From: Laetmonice hystrix
Lineage: Eukaryota
Assembly: GCA_965235115.1 (NCBI GenBank)
Contig: OZ249443.1
Location: 3,968,001 to 4,032,000, forward strand
Length of the DNA: 64,000 bases
Reading direction: 5' to 3'
Part shown: in pieces, positions 40,801 to 52,800 of the stretch
Position numbering within the stretch: the stretch's first letter is position 1
Layout of the letters: the number at the start of each line of letters is the position of its first letter
Notes under the pieces: model-generated
Seen by the model: the letters and a program-made list of their open reading frames with translations, nothing else
Databases searched by the model: none
What the model was told of the DNA's origin: nothing
Program-made: the position numbers and the translations under genes

Positions 40801-43800
40801 GCAATAACTTGAAAATAGAGCCAGATAGGCCCATAGTTACTATTGTAGACAGATAGGAAGTCATATATGGCCTTTCAAATGACACCATTTTTAATTAGGT
40901 CATGTGACCATATATGGCTGTATGACGTCATCAGTGTTTTCAGCTGGCAGTAACTTGGAAAAAGAGCCAGATAGGCCCATACGTACTAGTGATACCCATA
41001 GGAAGTCATATATGGCCTTTCAAATGACACCATTTTTAGTTAGGTCACGTGACCCTACGTTGCCCTATGACGTCATTGGTATTTTAAGATGGCTGTAACT
41101 TAGAAACAGAGCCAGATGGGGCCATGGTTCCTATTAAACTCATATGGAAAATCATATATGAGTTTTCAATTTACGTCAATTTAAATGCTGTCACGTGACC
41201 CCATCTGGCTTAATGACCCTTTTTAGGTAATTTTCAACCAAAGATCAGTGATATCTCGAAAACGGTTAAAGATATCAATGTCTGGGTTTCACCTTTGGGT
41301 TTAGCATAAAAAACTTGACCCATCCTCAGCGAATTTGAAAAATCCAAGATGGCGGCCAAGTTGACCTAATTTCCGATTTTAACACCATTGGATTGGGTAA
41401 TAGGTCCACTATCTCTGACACCGAGATGGCTCCCCTAAATTCGATAGTTTCCAAGTTATGGCTCTTCAAAGTTGGCCCTTTTAGGTCATTTTCAACCAAA
41501 AATCAGTGATATCTCTAAAACGGTTAAAGATATCAACGTCTGGTTTTCACCATTGGGGTTAGGATGGAAAACTTGACCCATTTAAACTGAATTTGAAAAA
41601 TCCAAGATGGCGGCCAAGTTGACCTAATTTCCGATTTTAAAACCATTGGATTGGGTAATGGGTCAGCTGTCTCTGACACCGAGATGGCTCCCCTAAAATC
41701 AATAGTTTCCAAATTATGGCTCTTCAAAGTTGGCCCTTTTAGGTCATTTTCAACCCAAAATCAGTGATATCTCTAAAACGGTTAAAGATATCAACGTCTG
41801 GTTTTCACCATTGGGGTTAGGATGGAAAACTTGACCCATTTGAACAGAATTTGAAAAATCCAAGATGGCGGCCAAGTTGACCTAATTTCCGATTTTAACA
41901 CCATTGACTGGTGAATGGGATACCTGTGCCCTGGGCACCTCGCAACTAGTTAATCTTTTCTTTCGCATAGAAAATCTGCCATAGCTATATCATTGCTTTT
42001 GCAACACACTACTTTCATACTAATTAGTCCTCTCTCAAAAATTATATGATGTCATTACTTTAAAAAAGGGGAGACGTCCTGTTCGGACTGAACAATTTCT
42101 AGTTTTCTCTGAGATGTCAGAGTATACATCAACTCATGTTTTCTCATCCCTCCCCCAGGTGGCGCCACCGAGCCCGCGTTCCTGACCGAGTCCTCCACAG
42201 ACACCAAACCTGTCTATCTACGGAACGCAGATGTCTCGGACGAAATGATCCGCAGTGTGAAGAAAGCGTAAGTTGGGGGTTGAAGGAAATATATCACTTA
42301 TAAAGGATAGATGTGATGGAAGTCAAACTTTTCTAATTGATCACTGGGGTCAACACTTTTTTACCACATTTCTGTATGTTTTACCATGTTATACCATTAT
42401 TCTACTTACTAAATGATACACCGAATACATTTTAGAATCGTCAACGCCTCTTCTCAATCTCTCCGTATTATGTAGGCCTACTGGCATTAATTAGTTACAG
42501 ATATAACTATGATGATGAAGAATATGATAGTTGGATTTTCTCATAAAAAGTTTTCTCTGCTGTGTCAGGATCCGGATGAATTTCCTGGATCACCTCGAGG
42601 AGTGGACAGAACAGGCTCAGGATCGATCACGGAGTGTTGTCGCTGCCAAGGTAACCATGATCACAGTCACCCTGTGACGTCATAGCCATGCATGCATGCC
42701 TATATCCGATAAATGTGAATTACCTGGAACACATACTTGAATGGGAGGGGCACGATATGTAATTATGAAGCACCCGAAGTAGTAAGTCATTATAAGCTGG
42801 TGTAAAACCCGTAGAGACAGCCATAGAGTCCCACCGCAAAGTTTGGGAGTGTAGCGTCCTATCTGACCCTACCTACGTCGACAGTGCCCCAGGCTACAGG
42901 ATAATGCCCTCTCTCGCCACCAGGGGTCACTATACTCTTGGACGGACCCAAGAGGTGACAGTTGTGGTACATTGTATGCGGTATTTTGTAACAATTTGTA
43001 TTGTTCTGCTTTCCCTAAGACAGAGGAACTGAACAGTGAACTCGACCTTCGCATGCATCTCCACCAGCCAAGGTCACGGCGGGCAGAACTCGATGTTCAT
43101 AATGTCCGTGCAGGTACGTATACCATTTAATTTTTTTATACAAAGGGGACAGAGCGCGCAATATTCCCGCATGAGTTGATTGGTAATTTTAAGGCACCTT
43201 TGTAATTTGGTTCCTGAGTTAGTTCCTGGGTTTGAATGTTGTTAGTTCCTGGGTTTGAATGTTGTTAGTTCCTGAGTTTGAATGTTGTTAGTTCCTGGGT
43301 TTGAATGTTGTTAGTTCCTGGGTTTGAATGTTGTTAGTTCCTGGGTTTGAATGTTGTTAGTTCCTGAGTTTGAATGTTGTTAGATCCTGGGTTTGAATGT
43401 TGTTAGATCCTGGGTTTGAATGTTGTTAGTTCCTGGGTTTGAATGTTGTTAGTTCCTGAGTTTGAATGTTGTTAGTTCCTGGGTTTGAATGTTGTTAGTT
43501 GCTGGGTTTGAATGTTGTTAGTTGCTGGGTTTGAATGTTGTTAGTTCCTGAGTTTGAATGTTGTTAGTTCCTGAGTTTGAATGTTGTTAGTTGCTGGGTT
43601 TGAATGTTGTTAGTTCCTGGGTTTGAATGTTGTTAGTTCCTGGGTTTGAATGTTTTATGTGTCTGCTTCCACCAGCCGAGCTAGTCATGCACAGTGAGCG
43701 GGTAGCCCGTCACTGTAAGGGAATCAACCAGGCTCTCAGCGACCTCAAGACTCGCTTCAACGACATGACGGAGGAACACAACCGTCTCGCAAACACCTTC

Positions 43801-46800
43801 CGTCAGGACATTGAGGCTCTCGAGGTTGTCTTCATCAACGCCACAAAGTCCGCCAAGTCAGTGCAGCCAAATATTATAAATAAAACCTTTAAAATAATCT
43901 GTATTGAATTAGGTTAACAGCCAAGTTCCTGATTCAGTGTTCCTGTAATCCTGGGAAATCTTGGAAACAATCGTTGACCTATTTACTTCCTCATCATTTC
44001 GTTCTGCCCTTTGATTGGTCAACAGGTTGGTTGCCCTGTCCAATCAGCTTCAAGTGGAGCAGGAGAAGTACATGACAGTGATTCGTACCTCACTCCGTCA
44101 GTTCCGACAACACCTCGACGATACCCTTCAGATGCTCCGGGAATCTAACGCAAGATTCATCAAATCCTTCAAGTAGGAAAATATTACGTCATCACAGAAT
44201 CATATGTACTGTCCTTTCACGCTCAACTACCACTGTGTTCCTAGGCTGGGAAAATGTGTTGGCGGATCTTTTTGTGCTTAGCAAAACTTTATATCTTAGG
44301 ATCCACTTTTTTTTCCAAGGAGCTTACTACTTGGTATCTTGTAACCCTCGTATAACCTTCCTTTAGAGTGTTCTCGGATGGAGGAAACTTCTGCCCGTAG
44401 GAGATTGAAGTGGTATCTTGTAACCCTCATGTAACCTTCCTTTATAGAGTGTTCTCGGATGGAGGAAACTTCTGCCCGGAGGAGATTGAAGTGGTATCTT
44501 GTAACCCTCATGTAACCTTCCTTTAGAGTGTTCTCGGATGGAGGAAACTTCTGCCCGTAGGAGATTGAAGTGGTATCTTGTAACCCTTATGTAACCTTCC
44601 CTTAGAGTGTTCTCGGATGGAGGAAACTTCTGCCCGGAGGAGATTGAAGTGGTATTTTGTAACCCTCATGTAACCTTCCTTTAGAGTGTTCTCGGATGGA
44701 GGAAACTTCTGCCCGGAGGAGATTGAAGACTTCCGTAAACGCCTGGAGAAGATGGCCCAGAAGATTGACTCATCAGAAGGTTTGGTCATGGCCGACCTGG
44801 AGGGCATGGAGTCGAAACGTCTCGACCAAGCTTCAAAGATCGCTGGAGAATTTGAAGACAGGTAAGAAGTAATTACCTTTTACCAGGGACAAGTTCAATT
44901 CTCACTGAACATTGTCAAACCAAAGGTTCCTCGTCACTTGTCCAGGACAAGGCAACCTTTTCAGAATTCGTCAAACTAAAGTGAGGACCAAACGACAGTG
45001 AGATTGACCTCTAGACTTTCTCAAGGTCGGAGTGTCGAGTCTAGATAGCTTTAGTTGCTCAATATTTGTTTGTGTTCAGGTTCAAACACCACATGGTGGA
45101 CCTGGTATTCATGGAGAAGATCGCCCGCTGGCTGACCTCTAGACTTTCTCAAGGTCGCAGTGTCGAGTCTAGATAACTTCAGTTGGCTATAACTCAATAT
45201 TTGTTTATGTCCAGGTTCAAACACCACATGGTGGACCTGGTATTCATGGAGAAGATCGCACGCTGGCTGACTAACACTCAGGTGAAGATCAAGGCAGAGG
45301 TAGCAGACAGCAACACTCAGGCACAGAAACTTGCCAAGTTCTTGACCGACCTCGATCGGCGTATCGATGCTTGCGAGAAACCCAACCCAGACAAGGAGGT
45401 ATGATCTTTAAAATAATCTGGTTAGAGTATGATCTTTAAAATAATCTGGCCAAGTTCCATTGAATGCTTTCTTTTGAGAGCGGTTTGATTTCTACTGATA
45501 TATAGAACATGTTAGTTTAGAGATAGTAAGTTTAAAGATATGGTCCTACATTAATGTTCTAAGGCCTCACTCTCGGACTTAGCGGAGCCACCGGTACAGT
45601 CCTCGTTTATAATAGACCTACCAGGAGATATCGTACACGAGAATCTATTCCTCGGTTTGTGTATCATATAAAACTATTCTTTCAGCTGATATCAGATGAG
45701 GTATATGGTATGAGAGTAATTTAATTTGCGACTCTTCTGCACAAGACACTCCTAATTTTCTCAGCTAATGCAGTAGTTATGTAGTATATCATTTCAGTAG
45801 TGTATTTACAGTACTGTATGTTTTAAAAGCGCTATAGATCTCGAGGCACTTCGAGTACTAGTGGCGCCACCTGTGTATCTCGATGAGAACTAGCCAGTGA
45901 GTGATTTCTGCCAACTTGTGCTTTGTAAAACAAACACAAAATGGCGACCAGAGTTAAGCATGGCAAGGGATTGGACACGACTTGTCTTTCTGATCAACTG
46001 AATTTTTTCTCTTTCTTTCTTTTTTTTTTACTTAACATAGTACGTGTAGTAGGAATTATTATCTTGCTTACTTGCAGCATGTGACGCCCACATCTCTGAA
46101 CGCAGGCCTGAAGGAAATCTTTGACGCGTTCCATGACCGTAGCCGGTACCTGAATTGTGTGAAGGACCACAACCCCCCGCCCCCTCCAACACCGCTACAG
46201 GGGAACCCTGCACAGGCCGGTAAGTGAAAGAATCTTTGACATCCCTGAACACTCCAGGAAAACCCTGCACGGGTTGTAAGCTGTCACTGTGTAGATTTGT
46301 ATTTTGAAGTTTCATGAGTGAGAACAAATGAGAAAACAAACAAGTGGTCTATATTAACCAAACCGATTTTTAACAATTCTTGGATTTCAAATCATCTGGT
46401 GTTGGAATCCAGCAGTCCGTTAAGTAAAGCATTGAGTACGGTAACAGACGGTCGCAATAAACAGGTCTGTGTTCTCTTCAGATGTAGATAACCATTTAGT
46501 CTCAGCATTAGTTACACACAGAAACCATATGACAGAATATCATTGTGTTATTATTTTAATATAACCGTTTTACGTATTACACACAGAAACCATACGACAG
46601 AATATCATTGTGTTAATATAACCGTTTTACGTATTACACCATGGTTCGTAGAGTTAGAGGAAACCAAAATTCCAGGAGTTTTCCAGGAGTTTTCCAGGAT
46701 AAAATCGCAGTTTTCCAGGACTTAAGTTCTAATACTTATTACTTTTCAGTGATTTTTAAATGCAATAAAGAGCAAAACTGAACCCAAGCATTATGTTGTT

Positions 46801-49800
46801 CCAAAGCATTTTATGATTTTTCCAGGAGTTTCCAGGAGTCTGACTGGTTTTCCAGGACTTTCCAGTACTGGAAAACGGATTTTTGATTTTCCAGGACTTT
46901 CCAGGAGTTTCCAGGAGTCTGCGAACCCTGTACACACAGAAACCATACGACAGAATATCATTGTGTTAATATAACTGTTTTACGTATTACACATAGAAAC
47001 CATACGACAGAATGTCATTGTGTTAATATAACTGTTTTACGTATTACACACAGAAACCATACGACAGAATGTCATTGTGTTAATATAACCGTTTTACGTA
47101 TTACACACAGAAACCATACGACAGAATGTCATTGTGTTAATATAACCGTTTTACGTATTACACACAGAAACCATACGACAGAATATCATTGTGTTATTAT
47201 TTTAATATAACCGTTTTATGTATTACACACAGAAACCATACGACAGAATATCATTGTGTTAATATAACCGTTTTACGTATTACACACAGAAACCATACGA
47301 CAGAATATCATTGTGTTAATTATACCGTTTTACGTATTACACACAGAAACCATACGACAGAATATCATTGTGTTAATATAACCATTTTACGTATTACACA
47401 CAGAAACCATACGACAGAATATCATTGTGTTAATATAACCGTTTACGTATTACACACAGAAACCATACGACAGAATATCATTGTGTTAATATAACCGTTT
47501 ACGTATTACACACAGAAACCATACGACAGAATATCATTGTGTTAATATAACCGTTTTACGTATTACACACAGAAACCATACAACAGAATATCATTGTGTG
47601 TTGGGTTAATATTTATAACCGTTTTACGTATTAAAACCAGCTCTCCAGATCTCTTCACTCACAGTTCAAGACTCAGGCAAGAATTTCACGGACATAAGTT
47701 GTTATCTTTACAACTCGGGTTCTGCTTGACCGAGTACTTTTCTTTAGTCAGCTAATATGACATTTGATGTTGCTGTTATTTCTGATTGAAATTTTGCGTT
47801 ATGTTTTTATTATTGCCCTTCGTTCAGACCAGAGGACAAGACAAAGTGCGTGCGATGGACGTACATGTCTTTTCATTGATATTATTTTTTTTAATCTAAT
47901 TTTTTTTTTTTTTTTTGGGGGGGGGGGGGGTCTTGTGACAGCACCTACTAGAATGATAGTATTAAAACGAAGTTAGCATGACCAAAACTAATATTTGATG
48001 TTTTCTGCAGTCCCACGAGGGGTGATTCATGAAGAGTCGGACGATACAGCTGAACGAGGCAAGATTGTGAAATCTCCAACTAACACTGAACACCAGGGGC
48101 CTGTCTTTCAAAGATTCTCAACTTAAGTAAAGCTTACTTTAGTAAACTAACAGGCTTCTGATTGGCTGGCCTATGCAGACCAGCCAATCAGAAGTCGGTT
48201 AGTTTACTTAAGTAAACTTTACTCAAGTTGAGAATTTGTGAAAAAAACTGGGCCAAGAGGCCTCTTTCTTTGACACATTTGAGACCCCCAAATAGTCACC
48301 GTCTTTGCCTCACCGTTTTCTGCAGGCAGTTGGAGAGTCCATTCACGGCCAAGGGACTTGACCATTGACTGAGAAACCGGCCCCATGGATCCAGGGGGAG
48401 GCCAAGGGGGGGGGGGGGTGCCTCCTAGACCCCAAATAAAATAGGCCGAAAAAATAGACCAAAAATAGGTGTAACCTCTGGGGCATTTACCCATTTAAAA
48501 ACACTTGCGTGCCCCCCCCCCCCCTACTGCCCCTCCTGGATCCGACCTTCACCTGTGATATTTACCACTTCACGTTAACCACGTCACGACAGTAGACACC
48601 AGAAACATTGCAGATCTTCGTCATCTGAACAGGTCAAGCAGCAAAGATCTCCACTATAACCCACATGGCGTTCAACAAAGAAACAACACCTTTAGATGTG
48701 TCACCCTCACTTTACATATAGGGCGTCGATTCGATTCTCACACTCTGTGTACTTTATATCCTTCCCCCGACACCAACCTCCGTAAATATTCCCCCCCCCC
48801 CCCCCAACACCAACCTCCGTAAACGATAGGCCAAGTATACCCTTCCTTTGTAGTCCGTACATCTTCAGGACAGCATGGGTTCAGTTCTCATGGTGTATGT
48901 TGACACGCGGCTTATCGCCTGCCTATTATTCTATCCTAACCAGGCAGGTTCGTGTGTGGTAAAAACAAGGATATATCTCAGTGAAAGGTTTTTATAACAT
49001 GATGTGGTACGCAGCCGACCGACACGTACAATGGTTTATATGGATATTGAAAGGATGTTTTATATGGTGTTTAGTTGAGCAGACGTTTACAAACACATAC
49101 ATACACTTGTACTTACTATGTTTACATTCGCAAATTTAGTTGTCAAAACGTTAAGTTCTTGTTTCTCACATCTTCAAACTGTTTCATTCTGACATAAATT
49201 GATGTTTGTTAATTGTTGGTGTGGCAGGGATGCGTGTGGGGTTCGCGTCTGAGACGGTATTACCAGTCAGCAAGCCTGGGAAACAACTGATTGAAGATCC
49301 TTCTGTCGGTGTCATCAAGAACATCCTCAAGTTAGCAACCATTAATTCTCAAATCAACAGTTTATATCAATGTTATGTTCACTGGCAGTGTCACAGAGGG
49401 TTTCACACTCAATAACTTCTTCAGTTATTACTAAACCAACAATATAAGTGCGCTCTGCATTGCCTTTTTTTCTAAAACTCTGTCTTATACTACTTATAGT
49501 CAACAATCCGGTACGTATATAATCACCGTGTTATATGGTGATATTTGTTCACATACAACCTGAACTTACTTGCAGGACTCAGAAGTCGCGGCTGAAAGGT
49601 TTGGACACGGATTGTAACGGCGATCTCGGAGCGTCAATGTGTAAGTCTCCAACTGATTCACCTCTTGTCTTTACGGGAACAAGTATTTACCAGAGGCTGT
49701 TAGAGCTTGTAACGGTAACTTGTATTTACCGGAGGCTGTTTTAGAGCTTGTAACGGTAACTTGTATTTACCAGAGACTGTTAGAGCTTGTAACGGTAACT

Positions 49801-52800
49801 TGTATTTACCGGAGGCTGTTTTAGAGCTTGTAACGGTAACTTGTATTTACCAGAGACTGTTAGAGCTTGTAACGGTAACTTCGGTGCTGATGCTGTGATG
49901 CGAGTCAGAGTTTCTAATTAAGGATCAAATTAATTGTTATTTATTCTGATTTACGCTGCATTCTCATGGATTCAATCATCACAATATATGTGAGTTCTGC
50001 TGTTGTCCTTGTAGTATTGTAACAACTTCATTGGAATTTGATAACTTGTACAGTTATAGTTCCTCACGTTATCTTCTAAACGACAATTTTAAGAGAGTGA
50101 TGGTCCGATGAAATGGTTGAACGACCTGACAGTGATGTTTGTGTTTACAGCTGCACTCGGTGGTGTGGTCCACCCAGCAGTGCCCGGACAACCCACAGGA
50201 GGAGAGAGCCGAGACAAGGGCCTCAAACACCGCCAGCCTCGCCCGCCTACAGACACCGACTCCCGGTCTAAGAAATCAAGTCGAACAACCACTTCCAACA
50301 CTAACACTGGCGACACTCCGAAACGGGTCCATTCTGGGTACGTACACCTGGCTTACTGCTACAGCTAGGTCCTAGTGGTCCACCAAATCTGGTGGTAAAA
50401 CTAACCCTGACCCTAACACTGGCGACACTCCGAAACGGGTCCATTCTGGGTACGTACACCTGGCTTACTGCTACAGCTAGGTCCTAGTGGTCCACCAAAT
50501 CTGGTGGTAAAACTAACCCTGACCCTAACACTGGCGACACTCCGAAACGGGTCCATTCTAGGTACGTACACCTGGCTTACTGCTACAGCTAGGTCCTAGT
50601 GGTCCACCAAATCTGGTGGTAAAAAGTTATCACTAACTCTGACCCTAACACTGGCGACACTCCGAAACGGGTCCATTCTGGGTACGTACACCTGGCTTAC
50701 TGCTACAGCTAGGTCCTAGTGGTCCACCAAATCTGGTGGTAAAACTAACCCTGACCCTAACACCGGGATCCACACCTCCCCCAGAAATCTTAGGCCTACC
50801 TAACCCCTTACCCCTAACCCCCACCTGGTGGGAATGGTACTATGAGATAATAACCCCTTTAATAACCCTTTTAATGTGGTTAGAAAGGTTGTGTCATTTA
50901 GAGCCAGTAGATAGGACACAAGTTACATATTGAGTAACAGTGCCCTGAGTAAGAAGCTGTCGGCAAGCTGGCAAGTTCCGTGAGATCCCGCCTGACCTAC
51001 TGCGGTTCCCAAGTTCCGTGAGATCCCGCCTGACCTACTGCGGTTCCCAAGTTCCGTGAGATCCCGCCTGACCTACTGCGGTTCCCAAGTTCCGTCAGAT
51101 CCCGCCTGACCTACTGCGGTTCCCAAGTTCCGTCAGATCCCGCCTGACCTACTGCGGTTCCCAAGTTCCGTCAGATCCCGCCTGACCTACTGCGGTTCCC
51201 AAGTTCCGTGAGATCCCGCCTGACCTACTGCGGTTCCCAAGTTCCGTGAGATCCCGCCTGACCTACTGCGGTTCCCAAGTTCCGTCAGATCCCGCCTGAC
51301 CTACTGCGGTTCCCAAGTTCCGTGAGATCCCACCTGACCTACTGCGGTTCCCAAGTTCCGTGAGATCCCGCCTGATCTACTGCGGTTCCCAAGTTCCGTG
51401 AGATCTCGCCTGACCTACTGCGGTTCCCAAGTTCCGTGAGATCCCGCCTGACCTACTGCGGTTCCCATGTTCCGTGAGATCCCGCCTGACCTACTGCGGT
51501 TCCCATGTTCCGTGAGATCCCGCCTGACCTACTGCAGTTCCCAAGTTCTGTGAGATCCCGCCTGACCTACTGCGGTTCCCAAGTTCCGTGAGATCCCGCC
51601 TGACCTACTGCGGTTCCCAAGTTCCGTCAGATCCCGCCTGACCTACTGCGGTTCCCAAGTTTCGTCAGATCCCGCCTGACCTACTGCGGTTCCCAAGTTC
51701 CGTCAGATCCCGCCTGATCTACTGCGGTTCCCAAGTTTCGTCAGATCCCGCCTGACCTACTGCGGTTCCCAAGTTCCGTGAGATCCCGCCTGACCTACTG
51801 CGGTTCCCAAGTTCCGTCAGATCCCGCCTGACCTACTGCGGTTCCCAAGTTCCGTCAGATCCCGCCTGATCTACTGCGGTTCCCAAGTTTCGTCAGATCC
51901 CGCCTGACCTACTGCGGTTCCCAAGTTCCGTGAGATCCCGCCTGACCTACTGCGGTTCCCAAGTTCCGTGAGATCCCGCCTGACCTACTGCGGTTCCCAA
52001 GTTCCGTGAGATCCCGCCTGACCTACTGCGGTTCCCAAGTTCCGTGACATCCCGCCTGACCTACTGCGGTTCCCAAGTTCCGTGAGATCCCGCCTGACCT
52101 ACTGCGGTTCCCAAGTTCCGTGACATCCCGCCTGACCTACTGCGGTTCCCAAGTTCCGTGACATCCCGCCTGACCTACTGCGGTTCCCAAGTTCCGTGAG
52201 ATCCCGCCTGACCTACTGCGGTTCCCAAGTTCCGTGAGATCCGCCTGATCTACTGCGGTTCCCAAGTTCCGTGAGATCCCGCCTGACCTACTGCGGTTCC
52301 CAAGTTCCGTGACATCCCGCCTGATCTACTGCGGTTCCCAAGTTCCGTGACATCCCGCCTGACCTACTGCGGTTCCCAAGTTCCGTGAGATCCCGCCTGA
52401 CCTACCGCTGTCCCCCAAGACACGTATCTCCGTATTGGCGGACGGTGGTAGTGTCATGCATGGATGCCCCCACCTTTAAGCAATGTGTAGAATAGCCATC
52501 TTTATGAGAGATTTTTCATGGTTTAATGTCAAGTTGTCTTCTGTTTGCAGCCACAAACGGAATAAAAAGGATGATGATGAGTAAGCATGATACGATAGAG
52601 TTATAACCACTTGACAGCATGACAGCATGACGTACAGTAATAGAGCGCCATCTAGCGTCATGTAGTGTAAACAAACTGTAAATATCCTAACAGGGTGGGA
52701 AAAACTCGCTGAAATTGGCAGTTATGTGCATTATGATAATACTTATGGTTAATAGACTGGCTTATACTCCGTGAAATAAAAACTCAGACAATAACCCTAC

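Larger units (their letters stand above)
37783..42102 (+). mobile_element. Putative Helentron-associated non-autonomous (HINE/DINE-1-like) composite element filling a CCDC180 intron
   Basis: 5' 28-bp perfect palindrome acgtctccccccagctggggggagacgt (37790-37817) followed by a (CTTT)n tract. 3' GGGGAGACG (42068-42076), hairpin TGTTC-ggact-GAACA (42080-42094) and terminal CTAG (42099-42102). Internal tandem arrays. It could be two adjacent elements rather than one. Confidence 0.55.

Noticed and set aside
28655-52404. CRISPR-like appearance of regularly spaced 23-58-bp repeats and of the core-plus-variable-tail array
   Set aside because: There are no unique spacers (tails are low-complexity subrepeats), no cas genes, and the context is spliceosomal eukaryotic DNA.
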